This document shows, in pieces, positions 14,085 to 27,600 of a DNA stretch of 64,000 nucleotides; positions within the stretch are counted from its first letter, which is position 1, and each line of letters begins with the position of its first letter. Position numbers and translations under genes: made by a program. Source of the stretch: Thalia democratica (taxonomy: Eukaryota); NCBI GenBank assembly GCA_965202585.1, contig OZ241830.1:61628001-61692000 (forward strand). Direction: 5' to 3'. The notes beneath the pieces were generated by a model. The model saw only the letters and a list, made by a program, of their open reading frames with translations, was not told the DNA's origin and did no database searches.

Positions 14085-15350
14085 ATTTTAAGTTACTGTG
14101 TTTTTTTTTGGATGTATGTCTTCAAGATCTAAGTTTACATATTGACTTCAACTTGATGAGGTAATGCATAAAAGAGAAAAAAAAAAGTTCTCAATTAAAA
14201 TTACTAAATCACTACAATGTTTACGTCATTCAAGCAAAGTGTTACGCACAATAGTTTTATACGAGAATAACCTACGACTTAAATACTGGTTTTCAAATGA
14301 AATCTGTATCAGCTGTTTTTTAATTAAATTTTTCTAGGAAAGTATTTATCATCGTCACGCATAAATTAACTCTGCAGCTTTGCTATAATGTTTGGTTGAG
14401 TTTTTATATCTTCTTAATAGTTAATTACTACTTTTACTAATGGAAACGCTTTTTTTTTTTAATTACAACTCATGCTTTTCGTTTCTATCTAATATTAAAA
14501 TATAAAAAGTAGAAATAATAACTTTTCTATATATATTTGTTTTACATTTTACAATCTAAAAACTCAACTTTGCTGGTATTTTTTTACAGATTTGATAGCT
14601 TTTTACGTATTTAAAACGATTTTATATCGCTTCGCTTCTATTTAACAAAGTTATGTATTTGAATATAAGAAAATTATTAAAGAATAAATGTACAAGATAT
14701 TAGTACAGATAAAGGCACATTCGATCAGGGATAATTTTTATCTTTATGTGTGAAAATTTTGTCGTTGAGTTTGTTATACCCTGTTATAAATTAGTTTAAG
14801 CTTTACTTTATTTACATCGGTCCTTAGTTAAAGACCAGTAGTAAGGGTACAAAAAAAATCGAGACTTATACGTTACTTTTTTTACTGTCTAAAAATTTAA
14901 TTACAATAACATATAAAGGCATTGTAAACGAAGTCTTTTTTTCATAATGCAAAATCCATAAAAAGGTTTTGTAATACTAGAAATATTTTTAGAAGTTTTT
15001 TATGGTAAGACCAAGTAAAAACCATGTGGTTTAACTTTTATCAAAGAGTGATGTATAAATGTTTCACTTGTTGTTTTGTTTTTGTTTTATTTTAGTGCAA
15101 TATAAATTAAAAGAAAAAGTTCAAGCTTCAGGAAATTAAACTATAAAAACTTTCAAGACAAAATAAATTCAATATACTGTACTTTTCATGGTTTAACAAA
15201 ACTTATATAGTAATGGTTTTGAGTAGCGATTTTAAAAATCAATTAGAAAAATACATCTTCTATAATAAGGTTTTGGGATATTAGATTTTGACGAGTTTTT
15301 AATAGAGTTTTAAATATAAAATTGATTATTAAGTTAATAAGATTTCAAGA

Positions 15351-15590
15351 CAGAGGTCGACAAAATGCTGCCCGCAAATCAATTATCTGCGGCCTGCAAT
15401 GCGCTTTTCAGCTAAAAGTTACTTTTTAATTTAAAAAACCAAGTATGTTTTTGTGTCCAAACCCCACAAATTCCTAATCTATTATTTATTAAAAACTGTT
15501 TATCTTTGCATATTGTATCACATTTTTAGTTTAAAATAGTATGCTTTATTTATTGCTGTAATTACTGTTAAATAACTGCGGCCCGTTGAT
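15351..15590. mobile_element. Degraded hAT-MITE end, same family as 51494-51619
   Basis: CAGAGGTCGACAAAATGCTGCCCGC at 15351, with further TGCGGCC motifs downstream. Right boundary uncertain. Confidence 0.4.
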
Positions 15591-15980
15591 TTTTTTTGAT
15601 ACAATGCAGCACTTGAGCAATTTATTCTTTCTAATAAATTGACATGTTAATTACAAAATACCGCCAATTACTGATTCAAAGCAATGCACACAAATACTTG
15701 TTAAACGGACATACTTAAGAATGTATAATAAGTTTGGTAATGATTTTGTTATTCTCTATTTAAAAGCAGCCTATTGTAGAAAACTTAAAGAAAGTTTGTC
15801 AAACTGTGCGTGTAGTTTTTGATACTTTTAATAAGGTTTTTGGTTTCTTAGTAAAGCTAAAGTTATGTATCATATTATAAACAGTGATCTATTGGATCAA
15901 CAAAAGACTAGTGGATAGTGAATCCGGTAGATCTTTATTTTTTTCTAAAACAACAACTGTTATGGTTTTAATACTACTTA

Positions 15981-17124
15981 CAGGGTGGCCGAATGGTAAA
16001 TTGTTTTCTAGGTTTTCAGATTTTCTCTAGATTTTTTAAAGAAAATCCTTTTTGACTAATTTAGTAGCAAATTAATCTAATATAACTCTGAAAATATAAT
16101 TTTAAAACAACTAAAAAACAAAACAAATTTTGTGAAGCAGTTGTAAGTAAAAGTATTGAAAAAACAACTGTCTCATTATATTTGTTGTGTATTTCAAATT
16201 ATGTACTAGCATGTTCAATTTGTTCATACAGATAGCAACTTTAAAGTGTTTATTGCTTTAAACAAAAACAACTTTTGTGAAATACGAAAATTATTTCTAG
16301 TTTTAATTTTGATAAACTTATGATATATATTTTGTTAGCTTACAGTGTTTTGCTCAAAAAATATAAATTATGAAAAAGAAAACAACAAAGCTTAATACTA
16401 TATAATGCATAGATGACATAAAGCTTAAAAATTAAAATAACCTACAAAGGGTAATAGAAACATTTAATTGAAAAATCATATAACCACACAGAGATATTAG
16501 ATAACTTTAATATAAAAAAAAATTTGCATAGTTTTTTCATTGTCTTAGTCCAAACTTTTTACCATAATTAAATAAAATCATAAAACCGAACTAAATGATA
16601 CTTATTATTGATATTTAAATAAACTAGGCACAGCTAATGATTTACAACTTATAATATAGTGTTAAGTTAAGATTCATTATAGCAGCTATAAATACATTGG
16701 CCATAAAACATTGCATCAGAATTTTTTATTTAGCTTTGCTCTTACTTTGATTTTGTTCTTAATTTTCTCTTGCTTATAGTTTAATCTTTGTCTAAACTCT
16801 ATTAAATTGCATAAGAAATAGGTTATTGTTGACTGACTTTACATGACATTAAAGACAATGGAAATGCAAGTAAAAAAGTATTTTTCTTAGCTAAAGAAAT
16901 AATCTAACTAATAATTTATCAACTGTTGATTAAAAACTTGTATAAACTTCTTTTAAGTCTAAAAATGATAACATATACAGTTTTTATTATAAAAAGTAGT
17001 TAAAAAACTAAAATTTAAAAAAATTCCAGGTTTTTGTACAAAATTCCAGGTTAATTTCACAATTTCCTAAATTCCAGTTTTTTTTTTGCCTAAATTGTCA
17101 AATTTCAGGTGTTTGCTCACCCTG
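15981..17124. mobile_element. Possible TA-flanked non-autonomous DNA transposon (CAGGGTG termini)
   Basis: TA|CAGGGTGGCC at 15981 and GCTCACCCTG|TA ending at 17124, with AAATTCCAGG subterminal repeats at ~17030-17100. These could be ends of two independent elements. Confidence 0.45.
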
Positions 17125-18625
17125 TATTTCATGATTTGTGAAGTCCTTGATTAAAACAGTTTCAAAACTTTAAATGATATTTTGCATTCAAATATTAAAT
17201 ATACTACAGATGGTAAATAACATCTATATACCTCAGAAGTTGATAATTAATTATTTTTATATTTATTTATAAACAATTTAACTACTTTAAGATAAGACAC
17301 AAGGTAATTAGTTATCAATTGAAGTTTTGCACTATTAGAAAATAAGCATTCTTTTTTAGTCAATACATTTCATGTAAACAATTGATTAAAAACATTAGTT
17401 TTTTATACAACAGTTTTGAAAGTTTTCGTTATATTGCACAAGTTTTACAAGGTCAGATTTTCTCACCAAAACCAGTCACAAATAAAATAAGATAGCTATC
17501 AAACTATTTGTAATAATATTTTAGATAATTTAGACATTATAGTGGCATGGTGTTATAATTGCAATTTATCAACAAGACTATCTGTGCAAGTCAAAAATTA
17601 TAATTTAACAATAATCACAAACAAATTAAACCTTTTTAGTCTTTTAACAATGAAACAAATTTATAATGGATGAAGTATTTTTTACTTGCAAAGTATTGAA
17701 CTTTTAAAAATCCGGTACTCATATAATTAATCTTACACGTTTTGAATGATTAATTAGCAGGAGATATGTTTTTATTCTAGGTCTAATAAATAACTTTCAG
17801 TGTAAGTTGTTAAATTTTAAAATATACAACCTACTTTAAAATTAAATCTTTTAACTTGAAAAAAATTCAAATATTTATAATATCTATATTTTATTCAACT
17901 AATGAACGAACGTTTGTACAGCAAAAATGTAACGAAAAAATCAAAATACAGCGGCTTTCAATTAAAACTTGATTGTTTATATACAGTTATTAAAACTCTA
18001 ATTTCTTACAGACTCCCATTGATTTTTTTAGCTATCAAAAACTTAAAATACTGAAATTCTTACAGAATCTATTTGATTTTCTTTTAAATAACATAATCTT
18101 AAACGTTTAACTTATTCAACCCGGTATCAGCCACACACAAAATTGTACAGGAATGAAAAACTTATTTACAGGAAAACGGAATACATGTTCAAAAAAAAAA
18201 CAAAAACGACTCAACAGTTCATCGCGCGCCAACTTTTTCTTTGTTTCAACTTTCGGCGCATTGTGACGTCATAAAACTCGCTCGTAGTCATATATTTTCT
18301 CATACGTGGCTGTTGTGTTCATGTGTGTGCCGTGATAAAAATTAAATGTTATAAGGAAGCAGCTTGAGGCAGTTAAGCTATTATTCAGATAAAAGTTGAA
18401 AATCAGACACTTAATGTTATTATTTTTAGCAAAAGTTGGCACAGACACTTTTCAGCTTCACATAGAAATAGTACCAAGTCACTCGTCGGGTTAAATATTT
18501 AAAAGCCTCTCTGAAAAAATTACATAAGCCACTAGCGCGCGTATACACAAGCTGTACAAAGAAAAAAGAAATAAAAACGGAAATTTCTCAACGGAGGGAA
18601 TTTTTGTCGGAAATTTCTCAGCCAA

Positions 18626-21600
18626 TCAGCGCTTTCTGCTGCCCCTGCTCGCGTACGAACGGTCGCTCTCGTACGGCGGGGCGTCGTCTTGCGGTGAGTT
18701 TTTCCTCCTCGGCTTCCTTTCTTTGCCGCGAGGTTTTTCCACGTCTGCAATAATAAGTAGTAGTCAGTTTTGTGATGATTACTGGTTAATTGTAAATTAG
18801 TACTATTAAGTTGGTTTTTAACTGTGTTAATGAGATAAATTGTAATACGAGGTTTATTACCATAATTGAAAACTGTTGTTCTTATCATAAGTTTAAAGTT
18901 AGAATGTTTTATAATTTTAAGTAATGAAATTTCTGATAAAAACTTTCCATGTATGTAAAGTTTTGGTAATTAGTCGTAAATGTTATTATTTTAAAAACAG
19001 GAAAGTAGGAAAGATATAATGGACCTTATTAAAAACTAAAAGTAATATTTTTGTCTTAAAATGAGTATGTTTTGATTTATGTATTGTTTAATAAATTGAC
19101 AGATAAAAAGGTCTAAATTGTAGATTATTGTAGCACCAAAGTTTTACTTATAAAATATACTGGCACCCAAAACTTCTTGTGGAATTTTCTCTATTTTCAT
19201 ATACATTTAACAAAATAATTTAGTATATATATATGTATACATATTCAACTTATTATTGCATAGGTATTACATTACAGCAGTTTTACATTTTAAACTAAAA
19301 ATTTTAGTAGAAATGTAAAAACTGTTTCTTTATTTTGTTCACAGGAAAAAAACCTTATGTAGTTTTCAATACTGTTAATAGCAAACTTATAATTTTCAAG
19401 TCATACTTGTTCATTGCGTAATAATTACAAAGTAACGAGAAAACCACATAAAGTTTAAAAATAAACAAACATTTTTTAAGTTTATTACATTAAAAATTTT
19501 ATAGGTTAGCGTTTCAAATAAACTATTTTAAGGCAAAGATTCGCACAGAAAACACGAAAAAAATATCTTGTAAAACAATACACTCCCCACAAAACAACAA
19601 AAAAACATTAAAAATCCTGCTTGTAAACAAGGATCATAAAAATTTATATGCATCACGGTGCTGTGTATAAATAACCGTTATATATATATATATATACATA
19701 TATATTACAGAGACATATTTACAATATTTAATTAACCGCCCGCTAATGCGAGTCGTTATTTTATTAAATGTCAAGTTGAAGTTATTTTTATTAGCAGGCA
19801 AACTGATACACAAACAGCAGTTTTATGGGCTTCAACTTTGTACAGAGAAAAAGGGAATTTAAAATGAAATTATTTTTATGATCAGATTTTTCGAGTTGCT
19901 TGTTAAAATGTGTTATAACTGTAAAACTAATTGAGCTTTAAATTTAGAAACGAGAAAATTATATAGCTAAGTGATTATATTTGTTTAATAAATTAAAGTA
20001 TTCGAATTAACATATTTAATTAAAATAGTTTTCAGTTGACCTATCCAGCTTTTCCGCTTAATTAATTTATTAAATCAAACTTTATTAAGTAAGTCAATGC
20101 ATGATTTAAAAGTTTAGAATAATTTTTGCTCCACTCAGCAAAATTTAAATTCTATACCAGCATTGCTTTGTATAAAACGCTGTTTTGTTTTGTTTAAAAT
20201 GAGTTTATTCCCTTCACAAGTAGTAAAATAAAATACATATGAATATTTTTTTAGTTTTTTTCTACTTGTGTTAAAAATACAGGTTTAATTTTTTTTTAAT
20301 AATCAATCAAAAGTTTGTACGCTTTAAATTTGTGTGCACTTTTTTTAAACGGCGTGTACAAACCTTTAAATGATATACAAATCAGCAGAAAGCATAATTT
20401 ATTGTTCTAATTAAACATATTCGTTACCTTCGATGGAGATGCTTTCAAAGGAGAGTTGTGGCGGGTTTTCAATCGTGTTCACCTTGTGGATTGGTTTGTA
20501 TCCGTTCGGCATCAATTCGTACACGTTGCTCGACCTAGTTGGTAGTAAAATTGCTTGAATAATCAAATTAAGTCACACGATATTCAAGTTAAAAGTGACC
20601 ATCAAACATGTGCGAAACTACTTGTTTAAAAAAATCATGTACAAAGTTTAAGTGTTTCTACAATTTACAAAAATTACTTAATCAGCACATTCAAAACAAT
20701 TTTGCTGAGACTGAACAAATTAAGTAAATTGAACTAAGTACTTAAAACGTTACTTTCGCAGCTAATTTGCATTTTAACTCGCTCTTATCAGCCAAAACAC
20801 ACTCATTTTAATTTAATGACTGGAAAAATCAAACGTGCATGAAAAATCAAAAGGAAATGAGAAAATGTGGAACTGAAGGAAGCGTATTAAGAAGGGAGTG
20901 CAGAAAACTTAACGAGTTACCGCGCGCTTTTGGCTTGTGCGTACTTTTTTCATTTCAAGTGTTTGAAACTGCTGCTTAGAAGGGGAAGCTCTAATGGCTG
21001 TTTACAATTTTTTGCAGGTTTTTCTCCTCAAACTTTAATGCTAATCTTATTGTGAGAATTCCAAGACAGTTGTTCATGTGATTTTAAATATAAATATTCT
21101 TAATCTTTATAAATGCTGCCCGTTTTACTTCTGCTTTTTTTTTTGCTTCTTTTAACTATTTAACTATTTTACTTGGGCTAAAAACAAAAAGCTTTAGTTT
21201 AAAAAAGCTAACCTTATTGTTGTATCATTTTCAAATTTGCATACAACTAAAAATATTAACCTTAAATCTTCAGATATGTATTCCAGACTTTGAAAACGGC
21301 TAAGCAACAACAAAATGATATTTAAAAACAATTAGCTAACTTTGTCGCTGGGAATTTTAAAATAAATACCATCTATTTAAATGGCTGGTTTTATATAAAT
21401 TAACTGACATTTACTGAGGAAATTTCATACTTACATTCAATTAACACTAACATTTTAATTAAAGCTTTTGTTTTAAGAAGCTTAAATGTCTAGCTTTTCT
21501 CAGACTTTTTCAAATTTTGCACAAAAACTTTGCAGACAAACCTAAACAAACTAGAAACTAAAAAAATTAATTTAATTCATCTTTAAAACAAACATCACCA

Positions 21601-24600
21601 CTCGAAAACAAAAAACTAAAAGCACGAACAAAACAAAAAACAAATGAGTCACCAAACTTTTGTAAAGTAAACCTCACGAGCGATGAACACTCTCCACTCG
21701 ATTTAAGCCGCACTTCATTGTATGTTAAGAAATAATAAAAAACTTAAAGTTTTAGTATAAGCTTCTCAGCAGCGGTTGCGTTGTCTCCGAAAAGCTTTTG
21801 TTTACGTGACATGCTACCGATGCATTACAGAAAATAAAAAAATTAATTCAATGTCATTAATCATGATCAATTTATGGCTTTTTTTAAACAAGATGTAAAA
21901 TTTAGAAGATGTTTTAATTTGAACAGTTTTTTGGTAGCTTTTTTTTTATTATAGTTTTTTTGTTTAATTTGAATCAGATTTTATTGGTTGAACATTTTTT
22001 TATAAATGATGAGTACTTTTCAAGATGCAAAATTTATAGATGCTTTAATTTAAATCAGTTTCACTATAAATTTTTTAAACGATATTTTGTGAATATTTCA
22101 ATATTTTTCATGAAGTGCGGCTCGAAGCCGAAATTTTAATTTTTTTCTCAAAATTCTGTTAAACCTGTTCTTCATCATGCCGCCCTTTCTCATAACCGTT
22201 TCGAAGCTGGGTGGCGCCCACTGGTGGTACGAGTGCGACTCCTGCGCCGGCAACCGACTGAGCTTCATCCTATGTGACGTAATAAATAAATAACGACTCA
22301 CGGTGCTTCTGCTTAAGCTATCTGAAATTACTATTTACTGGCCTGTCTCTAACTCAATAAGTTTGCTCTGACTAATTTCTAAGCTAAATAAAAATCGACT
22401 GATTTTGTAAACAACTTGAATAGTCACTAAAGAAAAACTTTTAACAGTTCAGTGTTATCACTAAAAGGAAATTTTAAATTAAGCTTTATAAATTTATAAA
22501 ATCTTATCGTCATAAAAAGTTATATATGATTAAAAATGAGGTAACAGTATACTAAATATATAAATAAAAAGAGTTTAATGATACTTATAATAAAACAATA
22601 TGTTCATTTTAACAGTAACAATATGTTTAGCGAGTTGAAATAATTTGTTTTTTGATCACTATGTTGTAATACATTTATTATTCCATTACAACATATGTAC
22701 CAGTTAATTTATAAAATAGTTTATAAATTTGTTTATGTTCTACTAAGCACTTTTATTACTTAAGCAAAATAAAGACTAAAACTTCGAATTTAAAACCATT
22801 AAATAACTTGCTGTGCAACGTAAAAATTTAAATTCTTAAAACGCAGCTACCTACTCAGCTTGGTTTTTCGCGCAAACCGCAAAACTGTGATCAGTGCAAG
22901 TTTACTAAACAATCTCGGCTGAGAAAAAATTATTAATCAAGAAATCTTATGCCCTCGAGCTGCAGACTAATAACTTTTTAACACTTGCGCTGAACACACA
23001 TTTGAGAAAAATTATGATTTATTGGGTCTTGCGAAACTTTTCTAAACCGAAAAAATTAAAAAGCAGTAAACTTTTTTTGCTCAAGCGATTACCAGATTAA
23101 ACAGTTAGGCTGCTTGTTGAAACAAAACGGAATTCTTTCGGGCCGCAAAGTTGTTTTCCAAACTAAAATAAACTTCCAAGGCTCTATTTTCGCGCAGCTG
23201 AAAGCAAACAACAAACAGGGAGTAAGTTGGTTTGGTCAGCAAATTTTCTATTTATATTCAAATGTTTAAAAGCGACGAGCTTTCAACTTTTACGCTTAAA
23301 GGGGCTCGGCAGAACTTAGTTTGTTTTAAACTAAAAAAAAGTTGGTAAAATTTACAACTAAAGGTAAAATTACAAAATGACTGCTTGTTTGAAAAGCACC
23401 CGTATACTTTACTAAAAAACTACAAGTCACTTAAATATTTTTTACTAAATTTAGACAAACTTTTTAGACTTCATGTTGCTGTTGGTCTGCCTCCAAATGA
23501 AGTTGAACACTTCCAGCAGGGTGAGAAGCATGCAGATGAAGCTGACGATGTTCATGTAGCGCAGAAAGACCGTTTTCTCCTGTTAAAAAAATAAACAATT
23601 TGAAGGCGTTTCTTGTTACATATTTAACTAAATGAAAAGTATTATCTGATGTGATAATATATTTCATAACTTTATGTATTTTATCGTTAGCCTGATATTT
23701 TTGCTTGAAGCGCTCAAGGTATTCGAACATCAGATTTTTGCTGTTTAGAACAGAAAATTATACTGTTTAACATTTTTTATCTTAAATACCAAGAGATTGT
23801 TCACAAATATACTCTTCATACTAAAATAAAATACTAATATGTCCACTTGAAATGCAATCACTTTCTTAATTTATTTAAAATAGTTCACAGCAAAAGTATA
23901 CATTCTTAAATCGACTAACGTAAGGTCTGGAAACCCAGCATGGGACGTGGCCGTGCTTGTTGTCCTTCAGGTGCTGGGCGCAGGCCGTGGTGAGCTCCGT
24001 GGGGTGCTCGATGTCTATTTCCTTGCAATGGTAGTTCCCCGGCACCTTCATCCACAGGAACAGGAACAAGCTTCCGTTCTGGGTGGCGACCCCGGCGTCC
24101 CCCTCTTGCTGTTGTTTTGAGTTTTGTGATAAATTAAATATTCATAGGTTTTTTTTGATATGCAAAAAAAATTATAAAAGTTTTTTTGATGCGTCGGAAG
24201 CAATGTGTCGCTTTTTGTCGTTTTGATTTTTTCAGTAAAGAATTTAAATTTGTTAATTACAACAAAAAAAGTATTTTCAAAAGTTCTCAAGTTATCTATG
24301 GGTGTTTTTAATTGAAATGCAAAGAGTAAACCTTAGGCAAATTTTATATTATTATGTTTATCATTTTTATTTCTGATCAGTGTTAATCTCTTTGAGATGA
24401 CCTTGCTTTTGTTTTGAATCAAAATTAAAAAATATATATTAAGAGTTTTTTTTCTAAAAGTTTTAACAATTTAAAGCCTTAGTAAGTTACAACTTTCTGT
24501 TACAAAAATAAAGGTATTATAAGTAGAAGTACAATCAATATTATACAATCAAAATCCTAGAAAGAAACAGTGTAATATGTCATTTTATTTGTAATGTCAG

Positions 24601-27600
24601 ATTTAAATTAACGCAGACGTACGTAACACTGATATTTTATTTTTAAAATAAGTTTACACGTTTTCATAAAAATCAAAATATCCAGTGTACTTGCTACTAA
24701 GAAATAAACTAGTATAATTTACAGTAAAGTGTAAAATTATACAAATCCTTAAAACTTACATATCTTTTGTCATTTTACTGACACTAACAACTTTTTGATA
24801 CGAAATTTTTATGGAAATGTTTTGTAAAAAGTTAAATAGGGATTAAGTGGTAATTGTGTTATAAATAATAAAGGTTGAAAATGTAAGCAGTGTAAAACTT
24901 AACGTTTAATCTAAAAATATACAAAATTATCGTTATTAATAAAAGTTAAATTTTCTAATTTTTTTTTCGTATTATAATGTTTCTACACTAGTAAGAAAAA
25001 TGCAATTTAAAAATAAAACCTTAAAAGTAACTTAAAAGTATTTTACAGTATTTTAGTAAATCATAATAATGACATAGTCTACTTTTAAAAAAGTATTAAA
25101 ATATTATAAAAACTAGTAATAAATCATTTATTGCTTCAAGCAAAATTAAACCACCCAAGTTTTGAAAAATTATTTATACATTTATATTAAACAAAAGAAC
25201 TTTTTCATGTCAAGTTAAAAGTTATAAAATTCTTAAATAACTTAGAAGCTTAACTTTTTGTTTTTCATATTTATGTTACCTTTTTTACCTGTACTCAAAA
25301 TTATTTTTGACTTAATAAATTAATTATGTTATTGTTATATCTATTTATTTTTATAGTTTTATGTTATAGTTATTAATTACACTTTTGTTTTAAATACAAA
25401 TGAATTATGCCACTAAAACTGGTTGCAAGAAAACTATCAAACATTGAACAGCAAAATACTAGTATTAACTATCCATTTCTTATAACCTTTATAATTTCCT
25501 AAACATCTCAAAAGTATGCAATTACAATTGAGACTACATTTTGCGGCGAAACAACGCTGAAAAATGGTAAAAAATATTAAAATTCCACCTGGATGTTGAA
25601 GAGAGAATATCCAAAGTAGGTGAAGAGAATTTCCACTGCCAATCTTATTATGAGACTTACGATGAACGCCACCTTTATTTTGTTCGTTTGGACGATCTAA
25701 GAAATTATTTATGTTTTTATTTTTGTTTGAATGCATGATAAACTAGAACACTATGGGTAGTTAATGTAGTTTTCTAAAAAAATAGTTATAAATAGTATGT
25801 TCATTTAACACAAATACTTATGAGGCAACTGAGTAACTACAACTATTAAAATATTACGTATAAACATTAATAATTTTAAATTACATTTAGGTTAGAAGTA
25901 GCTCAAAGTACCTTCCGTTATTTTAGGACACATACATTTCATCAGTTTACAATTAAAACTGAAAATAATGTATATTTTTTATATTAAAGATTTCGTTAGC
26001 TTTACTAAAACTACCTACCACTGATCTACTTTTTTTTGTTACTTTAATTTAAAAGTTTCCATAAAACATCTTGTATAAATCTATTTTATCATAAAGATAT
26101 TACAAAGGTAATTTTAAAGACTATTAATGGAACAAAAGCACAATTATGACAGACAGTTGCAAACACACAGATTAGGTTCGGGTCAATAACTTTACATTTT
26201 TTCCTTTATAAAACAATGTTAATTAAAAAAATATTTCCAAGTAGTATTATGCTAAGCTTAGAAATGTTTCTACTTGGTCTTTGGTAAAACTTATCATGTT
26301 TTTAAGCATGTCAACAAACTTTATAAATTTATAGTTAAGGAAGTAATCAGAGTGAATTGCACTCGTATCAATTCAAATGACTTTATAAAAGTTAGAATGT
26401 TTTTTTTTTCAGTGAACATTAAATAAAAACTTACTGCTTGTATTAGAAGCATAAAACATTCAGCTAGTTATACAACAATTAACCTTCTGTTATTAAAGGA
26501 ACAAATATTGACTGACATAATAAAATACCTTTAATCCCTATTCTACTGGAACAAATCTTTAATGTTTTAGAACTAAATAAAAACTAATCAACTTTAGTCC
26601 ATAACGTAAGGTGGAATTCAAAAGCTACTTAAGGTAAGACTGAATAATAAGTAGCTATGTAATAAATAAGTTTAATTTTTTACAATTTACAAAATCGTTT
26701 TTTTAAATATTCTTTACCTTTATTTATCATTGTTTACAGCTTACAAAGATCTTACAATGTATATAGCTCATAGTGTACAATTAATTAATCAATAATTTAA
26801 GATTGTTTATTCGACTTTTAAACAACAAAGATAATATTTTAAAGCAATAAACTGTCTTTTTAAGAGTTTAGCTTTCGTAAGATTTTACAGTAAATACCCA
26901 TCGCAAGTTTGTGGCTAAAAATTTACGTGCACAAAATTCAGCCTTTGAAGCTCCATTTACACTAACATGGCCATAAAAAGAAGTCTAATTGAGTAGAACG
27001 AATTGTATTTGTTATGAAATTTCACAGTTGTCATCGGAAAAACTTTCGCTTCATAAACAATAGAGGTTTGAAAATAAAACTATTCATTATTTAATTTTAT
27101 TTAAATAATTTTGTTTGTGCGTAGAAACCTTTTTACTTAACTTAACTTACTTTTCATTAGTGTGAAACCTTAATAATAATGTTAATGTTAAAACTAGTTC
27201 GTGGACAGATTTATTTGCATGAAACAAAATAACTATTTAATGACAACTTTTTTGTAACCGCGTATAACTACTACTTTAAAACTACTTAAAATAGTTTATG
27301 TTTTCATATCAGTTCAAGAAAAAAAATTTGGAGAAAAGTTTTATTGTTTTAGTAGATAAACCCTTATAGTGATACTTGAGGGCACAACTATTGAAATTTC
27401 TCACATTTAAAACTGTATAAAACTTGAAGAAACAAAAACTATAAGAAGCTTAAAAGTGTCTTAGTAAACTTAAGCAACTTTAGTAAGATTAATTAATGTT
27501 TTTAGTGCGGTTCAAGTATAAACGTGTATAAAGTATGAAACTTTAATTGTATAAATTAAAATGGACTTTAATAAAACAAGTACAACACAACAGTGCTATG

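Noticed and set aside
18532-18888. 118-aa minus-strand ORF and apparent CpG island
   Set aside because: Wrong frame of connexin exon 11; the true frame is DVEKPRGKERK...SRKR* (18744-18626).
23385-24290. Several 64-88 aa ORFs on both strands
   Set aside because: Off-frame or antisense readings of connexin exons 7 and 8; only 23875-24069 is partly in the true frame.
25437-25736. 99-aa minus-strand ORF
   Set aside because: Off-frame reading through connexin exon 6 (25696-25589), whose real frame encodes TM3.
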